Positions 37,381 to 52,287 of a DNA stretch of 64,000 bases are shown here, piece after piece. The stretch is taken from the NCBI GenBank assembly GCA_028534125.1, contig CM052816.1, positions 35,900,001 through 35,964,000 of the forward strand, given 5' to 3'. The translations under genes and the position numbers were made by a program. The DNA is from Lama glama (Eukaryota). The notes below the pieces were generated by a model that was not told the origin of the DNA, did not search any database, and was given only the letters and a program-made list of their open reading frames with translations. Positions within the stretch are counted from its first letter, which is position 1; each line of letters begins with the position of its first letter.

Positions 37381-40300
37381 TAAGTGGGTGTCAGATGTAA
37401 TCTAGCAGGACTGGGGCATCCTGAAATTCCCCCACTTCGATGTGCTCTTTGTATCTCACCCTTATCGCTAAACCTTCCCTGGGTTTTCTGTATTTGCAAA
37501 GGGCATAGCTGTGTCTTTTTGGGTGGGGGGGCTGTGGTAATATCTGATATTTAGATTTCATAGGAACTACGAAATGTTGTTCATAGACACAACAGCCCAG
37601 CCAAAAAACTGACTGCATCTGGGAATGGCAGATTTCCCGTTTTCCCATGCTCCTTTCTCCAGCAAGGTTGCAGTTTTATCTTCATGATCGACTTGCTTCA
37701 GAGTGGCCGGGTGGCCAGAGTGCCTCTGAAAACTCCCTCAGGGCCTGAGAAAATCTGTATTGGCATTTAGGTTAGTCACTTTGCAGGTGAAAGGTATTCT
37801 GATTTACATTTCACAGTCTGATCTGCTGCCAGCTGAGGGTGGAAAAAAAAAACATAAAAACGGGTACAGTTGGCCACTAGATGTTTTTGAACGAAGACTG
37901 AAATATATATACTTATTCTTCAGGTGAAATTCTCTGCCTGAAACTTACCTAGGTGGGCAGGTTGAAACAGATTGCCACGTTCTGGACCGGAGATAACCCT
38001 GGAATGTTAACCCATGGGGTGAGGGGAGTTTGTGTGTGCAAGGATTTCACTATCAGATTGTGGATTAGAGAAAGGGTTTCGTCACACTTTAATATTGTGC
38101 AGTCTAAACAGTTCTCCTAAGACTCTGAAGGAGGGAGGTTTAGTACGTTTAGAGTTCAGTAACAGTAAAGCAAGCTGTCTGATCATGTTCCCTCATCTTC
38201 ATGAACTAAAGAATTTTGAAGCTCTATAAGAGGCTTTATAAACAACCATTGTTGTGGTTTCCTCTCATATAGGACTACTCCTACTCGCTTGGTAAACAGA
38301 GTGTTAATTAATACAGACATATATCCCGCTTTATTTTTGTGGATAAACATGATCGGGAAAAAAATCTGAATCAGTCTCATCTAGGACAATTGGAAAAAAG
38401 TCAGCGTAGTTCCTGAGGATGCATTTTTTAGTGTAGTTCTTTTGTATTTGTTATGATTCAAAATTGATTTTATGAATAAGGCTGCAGATTAACCTTTCTG
38501 TAACTGGCTGAAAAAACGATCACTTGAAAACAGTCCCCCCTAATAGCATTCTTTGTAGCAATCAGAGGTAATCTGCTTGTGTGCAGTCAAGTTATTAGCT
38601 CATTTCCTTAAGCCGTTTCCTAAACTTGTTATCTGATTGCCAGGATGGTCCCAGTTATTGGATTGGGGCGTAGTTCCTTTGCTGGATGTAACTTTGCTCA
38701 GTACAAAGGAATATGATACGGACCATGGAAACGGACGTTCTGTTGGAACACTGTGGTAAGAACAGAAGACTAGAAAACATCCACTAAAAACTAGACATTT
38801 TGTACCATGCCAGTGCCTTTGGCGACCAGTTCTGGGCTGTCATCATTTTGGGCCGATGTCCTTGAGTTGCGTTTAGCACAACCTTTGAGTTACTGTTTGC
38901 CTGGTATTTCCTTCTCAAGGAGATGAGGAAGTTTGCGAAAAAGAAATTAAATCCTGCCTTTTTTTTTTTTTTTTTGCCTTTGAGATTTCCGTGAAAACTT
39001 TTATCTCTGGGGACTGCTAAGTATATTTGCTATCAGCAAATGCTAATATTCTAACTAAATGATTTTGGAAATTTGTGGAAGTAGGTCATATGCTAAGTAG
39101 GTTGAATTCTAGACCCTATGTATTTTTTGTTTGATCTCTTTCTTCATAATTTCTTGAACTTTTACTTTTTTAGTCCAGTTTTCCTGTGAGCTGTGAAGTC
39201 TTGGAGGGTGGGGACCGCATGCTGTACAACTTGTTTTCATTGTGCATAGTAAGTCTGCTACGGAGTTATTAGGATCCCAGAGAGCATGACTCATTTCCTT
39301 AAAAAAAAAAAAGGTAAAATTGATCATCTTTTCACTAGTTTGTAAAAATATTAATAGAAATATTAAAACATACGAAAAATCTCTAATATTTTCTGAACTA
39401 ATAGGTATAAAAAGAAGTCTTCCTGTACTTAAAAAATTCCTAGAAAACAGTTTTCCCTTCAGAAAATATAGTATGTGTCCAGGTAACCACAGAACAAGCC
39501 GGGTATTTTGGGGAGATAATGTAGTTCACTTTCTGAATTTTAAGTACAGCTGAATGTTCTTAAAAATTTTACTGTGGTCAATCTGTTGATAAAATACGAT
39601 ATTTTTCCTGATTATTCAAAGATCACTTCCAATCCATCAGGGGAAGAATTTCTTACAGATTAAGGGTTGTTTTTTCCCTCTTGGACCTTTTTCACTAACC
39701 ACTTGTTACATTTATACCTCCAGAATAAGACTAAAGACAAATTCCATTTTTATTCTTTGTTACGTTTGAAGAATTAATGTGAAAGAACATGGTGTGTTGT
39801 GGGGAAATGATTTTTCATGTTAGCATTAGCAGAAGCAGAGCTAGTGCCCTCTGCTGTGCTTCTTACCATATTAGACAGGGATGTCCTTCAGTGTCTTTGG
39901 TGATGATGGGCATAAATCAGATGGAGAACAGTGGTATGTAGTGAATTGAGCACAACTGCATTTTTTAATATGTAAGTAGGCTTAGGTTTTTATCTCCCTT
40001 ATCTTAAGCCCCGTCAAGATCAAACTCAAGCAAGCATTCACATCCACAATTGAATCTCACCAGCCTTTTTCTTTAAGTTAACATTAGTTCAAACTCTCCC
40101 CACTGCTTCTGTCAATAGATCTTTTAAAGGCAGGCATTAGAGTTAAGTTTGCCTTAGTCTTTTTTTTTTCCCCTTCCACAGCTCCAAGCCCAAGGGCTTC
40201 TTTTAATAGGCATTAGTTAAGGCCCAGAATTGAGTAGACATTTGTGAAGGAGACTTGAAGTTGGGAACAGAATTGGCCTTTATAGCTTTTCCATGGGGGG

Positions 40301-43300
40301 AAAAAAATCTTCTTATGAGAATAAAGGCTGCCTACTAATCTGCTCCCATCTGGAGAATGGAGAAGCCAGAGGTTGTTGGCACCAGGTCACATCCCTTATG
40401 TAAACTGTCAAATTCTTTTCATATTAATGGCATATTGAGCTTAATCTAAAGGGCTTTGGTATCAGTCAGAGCTTATTTATTGATTTTTTTTTCTTGGCAA
40501 AGGAGGGGGTCTTAGTATTGTTACAATATGAGAGAAAGACACTTAGTATCCAAACAAGAGGTTTTGATTCTTGAGGACTTTTTCTCATCCTTACACGTCG
40601 CTTTCCATTTAGTGACATTTGAGGCCATGAGTACAAACCCTCAGCATTCTTCCAAGCAGCTGTTTTCCACCTGATCTTATTGAAGAAAGTGTTAATATGT
40701 CTTAAATTCAATAAGAAGGCCAGTTGATCGCTATTGTGCTTGTCCCTACACTTGAAATAAAGCAATAGTGAGTCTAAGATTGTTTCTCTTACAGATTATT
40801 TTGCACATATGTGCATGCGAGGGTAAATATAGATGTGCATTTTTGTGCTTCAGGGTATAATAGAAAAGTGAAAATCACCTCAAGTCTTATAAGGCTCCTG
40901 CTACTGGAATGGCAAAGGATAAATATCCCTTACTTTTCGATTATGAAACCTTTAACCTCCTGTGGACACAGGGCCAAACATATTGCGAATGTCTTGACAA
41001 CTCTATTCAAAGCAGAACCTTATTCCCCAAACTGGTACCAATTGATTCTGCTCATTCTAAAATTGTTCTGCTCTTCTTCTCTTATATATAAAAATAGACC
41101 TACACCCTCACTTTGAGACCTTCTGATAGGTAAAGGTTGAACTCTCTAAACCACAGCATGGAAGCCCAAATAACCATGTCATTCCCGGGGATAGATGTCT
41201 GCAGTACAGGCTAAAAGAAGTGGTGAATAGAAGCCACTGTTGTGTTATATATTGTCCACGTAGGATATTTTGGCAAAAACAGGTCTAACTTTGAGTAAGT
41301 GGTCATTGACCAAATAAATAACAGAATAAATGCAAACCTTCTTTTTGCCTGGACAGTCTCTTGGTTGCATAAGGAATATGAAGAAATGAAACCTAAAAAT
41401 TTCAACAAAAATGATGAAATAAAGAGGAAGCACTGAGATGTCCAGCTTTTAGAAATTCTTCTTAAATTCTCAAATGAGAGCATTTGTCCTTGGGGCTTGT
41501 ATTTGACTGGCACTTCTTACCCCTTGATTACATATGTAAACCAGAAAATGAAAACCAGACCAAATGACCCATCGGAGATGAAGCATGTTTGTTCTGCCCA
41601 TTATATTTCTCTGCTCACGCCTAGATGCCTTGCCTTCTCTCTCCCCAGTGTTTGAAGTTGAGAGCTGGGAACAGACATGAGATTGAGGTCCCAGGGAGAA
41701 GCCACGCTCAGCCTGAACTGGTGAACTCACTGGGACTAAGGGCAGATAACGTGAGCAAAAGATAAGCAAGTGTGACATTTGTGCCAGTCAGGGAGAGACC
41801 CACCCGCCCTTTACAAACAGGTTTCTCTTTGGTTGTCAGAGCGTCCGGGTGCTTTTCCTTAAGTAAGAAAGCCTTCCCAGTTGTTGACGGTGGGAATGTG
41901 CTTACACCTGAGCCCATGCTACATAGGATTTTCTCCCAGAGACATTGAAGGCTAGGATTCCCAAGGGATTTGTTGTAGGGGACAGTGGGCTGATGTTACC
42001 AAACAGCAGGGTGATTTTGTAAGAGCCCAACAGCACAAGAAATGAAAAAGAATTAGGTGAAAAGGAAGGGGATTGAAAACTGTGGAGGAACATGAAAATA
42101 TCTGTGTGGATAGTAGCATCGTATAAAAGAGAAACAGTGGGAACGCAAAAAAACTGATTTTGTTCTCAAATTTTGTTGTCACTCAGTTCTGCCCTAAAGT
42201 TTGGATGTGTTTTAATCCAAGACTGCAGTGATGTGCTCAGGATTTAAGTAATTACTATTAAGAATGTCATAATAAACTCTTGCCTTTAAAAGGGTCGTCA
42301 AGATTTCCTCCGGTGGTCAGGCACTGTATATGTGAGTGACTGAAGACTTTTTATAGTGGGACCCCTTTTGTGTCTGCGCCCCTCTCCCCCTCCAACTTTC
42401 TAAACTTCTCACAGGCAAGACAGCAATCAGGGTCGTATTCATTCTTTTCAGCCAGCTTGGAATTTTTTGACTGCAGAGAACCGTGACTGGACAAAGATTG
42501 TGGCACTGGGACGGGACCTTCAGCTCCCATTGTGTGCTTTACAAGGGAGTTACTCTGCCAGAGCTCTTTACCCCTTCCCGGCCTTATATCCAGAGAGATC
42601 TGCGGGCTGCCTGGAGCTGGACCAAGAGGCGGAGTTCAGCGCCGCGGCCAGCAGGGGGTGCCCTTGCCAGATAAGAACAGGTTTCTCTGTGCCAGAGCAA
42701 CTCAAATCATGTTCTCTGCCAGTCTGTCCTTTTTAGTCAGTGTGGCTCCAGATCCGACCCCAGAAGCATTTTATTTTGCCCTCTGAGTTTCGGCCCACAC
42801 CTATGTGACTGTACTGTCCACATTGCTATTTTCAGTTTCTTTTTTGTTGTTAGCAGTAGGCTCTGCTTTGCCATAGCTGCCGTTTGGTCACCTTTCACTT
42901 AGAAACTGGAGAGTGGTTTTCTTGCCTGGCCCTGTATCTCAGGTCAAGTTGAAGGGCACAGTCACCTGCAGGGAACAGGACTGCATGTGTTCATTGAGCA
43001 TTTTGCTGTTTTACATGACCTAGCCATAAAGCAATGTCTATGGGAAGGGAAAAACCTGTTTCATAACGCAGTGCCCAGCTTTGTTTTCTCTCATCAGGAT
43101 GACAGCCCTTTGGTTCCTGCCAGTGGGTATGCGGCGGGAAGGTGGGGAAACTGGATCATGAAAATTCCATGGGCTGGTGACTGCTCATTCTTTAGCCTTG
43201 TAGCTGGGAGGATACCGTCTGGTTCCCAGGGTGGCTCAGTACAGTGTTTAATTCAGAGAGCCCAAACCTATGTGATTAGCATTTTATTCTCTAAGAGAAA

Positions 43301-46300
43301 AAAAAAAAGGACGATTCTTGGCAATTTTTAAGCAGCTTCAGCATAGTCTGGTGGGAGGGGGTGATTGGAGGAAGTGTTTTGTTTCTGGAAACTTGGATTC
43401 AGTGTACTTGTCGACTGGACTGTGCTGGGTAATGCTTTCCCCAGACAGCAAGCCATCTGCGCAGGGAGAGTTCACGGGCACACCCGGGGGCTTGTTCCCA
43501 CAGTGTGGTGCTTTATGCCTGAGAGCCTTTTCTTGAATGCCTGAGCCACTAGGTTCCTGTGCCCTCTGCCCCGTGCTGGATTACAAGCGGCCCGGACGCT
43601 GGAGCGATTCCCGCTCTGGCTGGGCAGGCTGGAGAGCAGAAGCCCCACAGCAGGTGCTGATGCTTCCGAAGTCCTTTTGTGCAGGCCCCTAAGCTCTTCT
43701 CCCCACTCACTCACAGCTCCCCAAACCCGGCCACCCTATGTTCCCAGTTTTTGGATCTGTTCTCAGGCAGCTGCGAATACTGATGTGCAGTCTCCTGTAT
43801 TTAAAAAAAAAAAAAAAGCTTTTGCAACAGGTAACCCCCAGGGAGGAATGTAAAATCACTGAGCTCACATCTTAGTTCGCTTTCAGAAGCCTGTGTTCAC
43901 TGAGGCTAGTGTAGTTTATTTTTAGCCAAAGCAACTTATTTAACAGCATCAGTTTTCTTTCTTTTCAAGCCCCTTGTAAGTAACTCGGTGGCATTTCAGC
44001 TGTATAAGGACACAGAATCAAAGTTCTTCGCTATCTATTGGGTTGCTCACATAAATGGACCTCTTCAAATAAGTCATGTGCAAAATAGAGTTCTGAAATT
44101 AAAAAAAGATTTTTTTGGAGAAACTGATGCTTATATTTTGGTCCTCTCTTCGTACTATTGATGAAATTGATTCCTGCACCCTCCACTCCATCTCCCTTCT
44201 AATTTTAAAAGTCATCTCTAGAAGCTGTCCTTCCCAGAGCCTCATTGTCCATGAATTATATTGTGAATCCATTTGGACACCGACCAGGAACTTGCTATAA
44301 TTGCTCACATGCAAGTAAAACCTTTCTCTGTGTATTAATTAGTTGATACAAGGGATTAAGATGATTATATGAAAGGCATTGCTGCTTCCCTCTGAATAGT
44401 TAGACTAAGGTGGGTGCCAAGGCATCGTTTGCTCCCATTTGCTCAGCATGGTCCCTTGATAAAGGCACAGAATCTGACCAGTGAGGTTTCCTGAGACAGC
44501 AGAAAATGGGGACCATTTGGATTCACTGTTTCTGTTGATGTGAAATGTGGGATATTAATCAAGGCTAATTACACGCACTGGATTTGGAACAAACTGAAGG
44601 CCAGTTCAGGGCATGGTTCTCTGCGTAATTACGGACTTTAAGTTACCAGGGTAATTACTAGAAATTAGAGGCCCTTCCTTTATGGGTCTGGCCTCTCCAA
44701 ATGTGGAAACAGTTTCTTTCACCATTAGGAGGTAGCCCTCTGCTCAGGGTTCGGTGTTACACAGATACAGCCAGTTTTTAAGTAGGCCTGGGTTACGCTC
44801 TGTCAAGGTTCTGGAGTTAGGGCAGCAATCCAGGTAATTTTGGCCTATTTTTCTCCTGTCAGAGACCTTCTAGGGCTTGAATTCAGAGTAAAAATCAGTA
44901 TATATATGGCCTAAAGAGAGGAACTTTATAGTTTTTTGTTCTTTGCTAGCAGACCATTTCCTCTGGTACTATATTCTTTTAAAAAAGTAATCTGCAAGGC
45001 TTTCTACTAATTGAACACCAGCTTTTTCCTTGAAAAACTGTTGTGTATAATGCTTCCCAGCGTATAAGTGTCTGAGAGTATAGCTGTCATGTTTTGGAGG
45101 TGTCTAGCTTCTTAAAGGCTCTTCCTTGCGGGCTGGGACCATCTACCATTGTGAGACACCTGTGGGGAGGTGACGGTTCAGTTCGAGCACAGAAAGCCCC
45201 AAAGGCCACATTCTCATTCCCTGGGACATCTCGCAGCTAGCGCATATGTGTGTGGCCTAAGAGCACCAATCCAGTGTCCCTGCCCATGACTTGGAGTCCA
45301 GAGGGAGGGACATGGAGAATCAGGGACACTTGAGAGCTCCCTCCATTGGCAGTGGTCTGCAGTGTCTGCTGATTGGGGCAGAGTGGCAGTGGGGTCTGGA
45401 ATCCAGCAGCTCAGCAGAGTGGCCAGATGTGGCCAGGGTGGTTGGCTCCAGCGGCTGCATTCTTATGTTTGGGTCCATTTCCTTCTAATCTTCTAGGAGA
45501 TTTTGTGAAAGACTTGATTCTCTGGTAGGAAATACCATTTTTCCTTACGTTCTCTGAGTTGGCTTGTGTTCTGACTGATATGAGCACCATCATAAGTGTC
45601 TGTATACCCACCTTAGAGTCCATATGCTAAGAATAGATTTAATTATGTGTGTGTGTATAAACACACAGATATCTATGCTGCTATAAAACACACATGCATT
45701 CTTTGTGTGTATATCTGCATGTGTTTATTACAGTTGTGCTCATGGAAAGGACTTGGTTTCCAGGCTAAAAAGAACCAGGGTGGGAGAGAAACTACTGATT
45801 TTTATAAAAGTCATACTTTTGGCCATCCATGTATGAGATATACTCTATATGATGAAGTTGTTAAAAACTTTTTTCAGGTAGTTTTCACAAGTTTCGAACA
45901 GCTAACAGTCTTAGGTTTTGTTTATGTTGGCATTTCTGAATCTTTGAGGTGCCACAGTTATTTCTATGTCCTCCATCCTACATTCCTTGCTCAGAGGAAC
46001 TTGAGCACATTCTGGGCCAGAGTCTGAGAATGAGTGGTGGATGAAGGAGTCATTGCATCCCCGAGTGGAGGCAGTCAGGGACCGAGCTGTCGGTGCTGCG
46101 TGGTTTCCTTCTTGCCTCAGTTTTTCCCCTTGAATTGTTCCATCATCACCATGCTGCTTGTGGGCATCACTTTACCATTCCTCCTTCCCCCACCTGCCTC
46201 AGCGTGTCCCCACAGCAGGACCTTGCAGGTTCCCCCAGTCCAGCCGTCTCTGAGCTCTTTCCCAGCTCTCCCATGGTCATTCTCTCCCCGTGATCTTTAT

Positions 46301-49300
46301 TTTTCCTCCTCCTCTCTTCTCTCCATTTGCTGCCCCTCCCCCAGAGGAAGGTGGATGTCTAGATTGAGATCCACAGATCAGCCATGCAGAGGGTTTATGT
46401 ATGTTTGTATAAAACTTGAATGTATGTATTAGACACACTTTGCATTCCAAGCCACCCACTGCTTCACCCAAGAACTCACACTTCCAGTGCTCAGTGCCAC
46501 ACACCCCTATTTCCAAGTGCAGCCTGGAAATGCCACCTGGACTGCACCCTTAGGCTTTTCCTTGGCTAAGAATATTTCAGGGAACCTGGTTATTAGTATT
46601 TTAAGGTTGATAGTTCTGCTACCTTATGAAATCAGAAAGAGTGCTGTTACAACTGTGGGAATGTCTACCTTTTGTCCTTTCTTGGGAACCTGTGTGTCTT
46701 GGTTTCAGGCATCTCAGCCCGAGGTAGGTATGGGGAGAGGACTTTGTCTCAAATTCCGTTTACCTGGCGTGGCATTCTCCCTGTTTCCAGAGTAGACAGA
46801 GGACAGGTTCAGGGCCCAGGTTTATGTACACACATGTGTACACGTGCTTCCACTTCTAGCAGGAGGGAAGCCCAAGGTCACAGGAGTAAATCAGCAAAAG
46901 TGGAAGCCAGGGTTGTTGACTTTTTTTTTTTTTTTAATGTTATTCCCTGCAGGCTCCCTCATAAATTCTTGAAGAACTCATATACATTTTTTTCTCCCCT
47001 GCATTTTGAAGATTTATTTCATCTCTGGCAGTACAGTAAGGAAGTGGAATTTGGTCTGTGGGGATTTTTTTTTTTTTTGTACAGAATATCAGTGATGTCA
47101 TGGAATGACCAGAGTCCTGTTTTTTATTAAAGGACACATGGAAAGTTGTACTCCACATAATGACAACTCTTTCTTATCCTGTTGACTTCAAATAACTCAC
47201 ATCTAGGTTTAAGTTCTTTTCAGCAGTTTGTAAAAGTTCAAGTAGTCATTGGATAGAATTTGGTGGATTTTTTTAAAGTAAGCATTAACTTATCAAATTC
47301 AGATGAGAACTTACAAAGGGAAACTGTAGTAAGAAGGTTATTGAGGACAGTAAACTTCTTGCGATCATTCTTTAAGGATTAGCCAAGGTAATTAAGGGAA
47401 TCATAAAGGACTGCATTTAGGGACATATTTGGAAGTATTTATAGTGTGGTAAGAAACAGGAATTTGATGGATACTCTATTCCTTAATACTTTCACACTTT
47501 TGTAAACATAACTGGAAGAGACCCAAAGCTTAAAACTCAAACGATATCACAGGCAGTGTTTATCGTCTTCTGCTTCCTCTATGGTTGATAAAAGTTGACT
47601 GATGGGATTTGAAAGGAAGCCAGGAGTCTTTTTTTGTACGTGTGTGATGTCTGTAAAGCGGCAGTAATTTCAGGCGCTCCCTCTTGTAAAAATCTACGTA
47701 TGCGTGACAAGGAATGCAGCATTTAGGAATTTGCTTACGTGTTTTAAAATATCATTAACAAAAGCATTGGAGATGATGGCTGCGCTTTGTTGTTTCTATT
47801 TTTTTTTTTTAAGCTGGACTGTTTCGTTGTGCTTTATTCCAAGCTGCTTTTAGCAAGCTGGAAACCATCTCCCCTGACACAGCCTTTCCCTTTACGTTTG
47901 AACTTTCCTGGCAGAAATGGCTTGTCGATAGAGTCCAAGCGAGTTCATTCCCTTTGTGTGTAGAGAATTAGACACATGAATGCCACAAATTAATCAAATG
48001 TAAGTCTAGAATAGAAGGCTCTCACCCACTAACATGACTGTGAAAGCCGCTTTGAGTAAGAGGGAAGGGACCCATCAAATATACATGAAAAATCGAGAGT
48101 TTATGAAGGCCCGGGAACTGGGGGGCTTGCCCGGACCTGCACACCACCACTTACGGAGGCCCGAGCAGAGGGTGGGAATGGAAGGACCACCAGCCCTGGA
48201 GGTGGGGTTTTCCTTTTCAGATGCTCTTCTTGCATTGAGAGAAGCTTCTGGGACTATCAATGAGCCCCCTGCTGAGGCAGGTCAGAGGTCAAAGTGCAGG
48301 GCCAGCTGCCAGCCTTCCTGAGGGACAATAGCAAAGCCCTTCTGTACATATGACAAAAGGATATTCCCAAACCATGTTTTTAGACACTGAATGAGACAAC
48401 AGTTAAATTAAAATTATTCTACCTCCTGTGAAATTAACCTTTTCCTCCCTTGTCTGTCTTCGATTTGAAAGTTGATTGATTTTACTCTTATTTGTTTTGA
48501 TGTCACCCACTCATTGGGTGATTTACAGAACTTTAATCATTTAGCCACTAAGTTTTACGAAAATTTATGCCCCCTTGAACACTCAGAAAATAATATTGTA
48601 AAGGAAAAAGTTCCCTTGAGGTTTTTTGTGTTGAATATACCTAATATTATTCAGCTTCCATTAATGAGAAAAAATACATGTTTCTAGATGGACATAAACT
48701 ATATACTAGCTACAGCAAGTTTTCTTGTGGAAACGGTGATAAATAGCAGTATCATCATGTGATTGAATTTAAACTCATACACGCAGGTATCATTTCCCAG
48801 AGAAACATTTAAAATCAGAAGTTGAACTCTTATGAAAATATTAACGAGAATTACCCAAGTATTTATTCTGAGATGCTCCAAATCTGGATTTGATAGAAAT
48901 GTAATTTATGTAAACATAAACAGAGGTGAAATACGAGAAGTCCTAATATTAATGTAAAAACAAAATGAAAACTTGGCATTCAAGTCATATCACATAGCTA
49001 CACGTACTATTTTCCTGACTCTGTCTTGAAAAAATTGAAAGTTACCCATAAAAATACTACTTTGTGGTCTTTCAGTTCATATTTTTTGTTCCCGGTGTGG
49101 CTTAAATTTCATATTGTGTTTATTTTTCTTCATTCTCTTCGTCCTCGCACTGAAACCACAGAAGGTTTCCAGTGGAAGGCAGGGTATTGTATCACACTTC
49201 CTGGTTGGTGCCAATTAGTTCCAGTGTGGACTGTCTTTGTGGCTTTCCGTTGGAGTGATATCATATTATTGGTCTTCACAAGTGCCAGAATAGTTCCAGT

Positions 49301-49834
49301 TTTCTGTCTTCTAGCACCAAATCCCTGAAAAGGTCACGTACAATTTAACCACTGGCCAAGCACACATGCTCTGAGGGGTGTGTGGTTTCTTGAGGGGATG
49401 ACTAAGAATGGAGATGTGCAGCTTTTTACATTCAGTCCTCACAGTCAGCATTTATGGAGCCCCTCCAGCTACAGACTCGTGGATCAGAGAGTGATAGTAA
49501 ATCACTGCTGGACATTTATTATTGTGTATCGTTAGCACATTAATCATCCTAAACTTGAAAAAGAACCCTTGAGAAAAACCAGAAAAGGATAAGGATCTGG
49601 GCCAGAGTCCCTGTCATCGCTGATGGTCCTGTTAGGACACTCTTCATCAGATGATAGTCCAGCGTATCGGCTCAGAAAACTAATCAAAGCAAGCAAGAGT
49701 ATCCCAGTTGTGGCTGAACCATCTTTCCTTCAATAGCGTGACAGCTGACAAACACTGGGTCCCTCCAGGATGAGTTAGGTGCTTTGGGGGTAGTAGTGCA
49801 GTTTATATCCTAATAATGGGAACAGGGCAAGGAA

Positions 49835-50700
49835 ATGATTATTCATCAATAGCCAGACTGATGTAACAAATACTATCAAATATATAGCACACGCTTTTAG
49901 GATTTAAAGAAAAGGGAAGAAGTCTTATGTGATGGGGGAGGTCAGGGAGGATTTCGTAGCAGAGGTGGATATGCAGTGTTAGGATTTTGAAGTGCAGAAT
50001 GGAGGGAAGGTTAGGAGCCAGGCCAGAGAGAGACAAGAAGGTCTGCCTTTAACAGTTGTCAGGCCACTTTGCCTGGAACATCTTCCCACAAATAATGTGT
50101 GCTGGCCACTTGAGTAAATAGACCCAGCTGCTCAAGGCCCGGAGGCAACAGATCCTGTAAAATATCTCTCTCAGACCCAGGACGGGCCTCCCAGTCCCCT
50201 CCCCCCAATGTGTAACCCCTCTGGAGCACAGTAGTTGAGACGTCCTGATGGTCACAACAGGTATAAACAGTGGCCCATTGAGGAAATCCTCCGATAGTAA
50301 GCCTGAGAAATTGTTTGTACCAGGAATGTAGGTGAGAGCTCTGACAACTTTTGAGCAGGACTGTGATGTCTTGAGAATTGTGCTTTAGGAAAGGTGCTCT
50401 TGTAGGGAGAGACTGGACATCGAAAGCCTAATTCAGAGGCTGCTGCATTAGCACACGAAAGAGAATGTAAGTTTGTACACAGGTAGACTCTGGGCAAGGA
50501 GAAGAAAGTAGATGTCTCAAGATTTGGAAGAAAAGGCATCTGGCCACAGGAGGAGGCACAGATGGAGCAGGTGGTGACGTCTACAGTGTAAGGCTGGGGT
50601 GGACGACGGGGTGTTTGGAAAAAGTCAGGCTTGACCTCAGATAGGGAGCTGGATGTGAGGAGTTAGTGTGAGACTGTGCAAAAATGGAAAATAAGAGTGA
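49835..50700 (-). mobile_element. Fragmented L2 LINE
   Basis: ggggaggtcagggaggatttcgtagcagaggtggat, ttttgagcaggactgtgatg...tgctttaggaaag, gaggctgctgcatta resemble antisense L2. About 50040-50270 does not obviously fit L2. Confidence 0.55.
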
Positions 50701-52287
50701 TCTCTTTTGAAAAGATTTTATCATCAAAGAGAATGAACTATTCCTTAAGGCCTGTTTCTCCAAAGAAGTTAGAATCTTTTTTTTTCACCCAGAGTTGGGT
50801 TCATCTTTAGGAAAACTTTTGCATCCATCTCATGACATCATTGTATGATTGCAGAGCCAAAGGGTGATTATCTCCACATCCCGCTGACTTTCATGTTGGT
50901 TTGCGAATCCATGGAAAAGGACACCTTTCCCCCTCACATTTTACAACACAGTCAGCCCAGTAATTTAATGCTGGTTCTTCCAATATAAATATTACATTAT
51001 GAATATAATTTCCCATTATTACCGCAAGAAATTTAGCTGGATACTAAGAATAATTCGGCTTTATAAGGTCATATACCAGTATGTTCTTTCCAAACCAAAA
51101 CATTAAAAATGAAGGGAAGTTCTTCTTTTTTTATGTCTTGTATTACATTAAAAATTTCTCGCTGGAGGAGTCAAACTTCTGCACAGTGTGCACTCAGCAG
51201 AGGCTGTTACGGTGGTCTGCTCAGTCTACTGTGGATTTGGTAATAGTTTTTTAAAAAATATTCATGCTCACTTATTTCCTGTGGAATCCATTCATTACTA
51301 TATGTCTAATTCCGATGTTTTATTAGCCACGGGACAGAGTAGAATACACCAATTACACTCTATTCCAATTGGATTTCAAGCCAAAATCCCATATGGAAAT
51401 ACTGTGTGTGGGAGAGAGAGACACGAGTCATGGTGAGTGCAGAGACAGTGGAGCGGGGAGACTGAGAGATGGGGGAGGGGGAGCAGTGAGAGAGACAGAA
51501 AGGATGGAAGGAAAGAGTTAGAATGATAAATGAAAATCTAAAAAGGTGGGCTTCATTTCACTGGTATTAATTTGGTAAATTATCCATAATTTATTAGAGC
51601 TTGTAAACATTGTGGTACAAGGTACATTTTTTTGCTCTGTTAGTAATGAATTGCTGCATCATTAATTTTGTCAAGGGATCAAGAAACAACATTGCTGAGC
51701 TTGAAGAGAGCTCCTAGCTGAGTAGAGTTAGGTCTGAAGCTCTGGTGTAGCTAAGGAAATTGAGCAGTGAATCCACAGGACTGTTTCCTGACGGAAGAAA
51801 CCGCCTCTCACGTGTGGCGGGGCGCACTGACCTGGGTGGGAAGGAGGCTGCATGGTCCAGTCTGCCTTGGGGTCCTTCTGTTTCACTTTGCCACTGTTCT
51901 GGCCCTCAGGATGCAGATGGCTTCATCCTGAGGAGGGGACTGGCTGAAGTATTGTAATATATTAACGTATCTTTTCCTTACTTTCAAGTATGCTTTGAAG
52001 CCATGGGTAAAAAAGATACACCTTTAAAAAAAAAAAAAAGTCAGTTGAAATAAAGATTATAAAAGGTGAGGATATTTTAGGGATAATTTAGTAGAAGAAG
52101 TCAGCGTATCTATTTAAGCATTATATTTGGCTTTTAGTGTCCTGGTAGCCATGGGAAAGGAAAGACCTAATTATGTAGTTGTCATTTTGTCATGACCAAA
52201 AGATGCACGTGACATGGCTCTGAATATAAATGGGACCAGGTAGGATAGAGTTTGAGTCTTGTAGTTCAGATTTTATGGCTATTTCTT

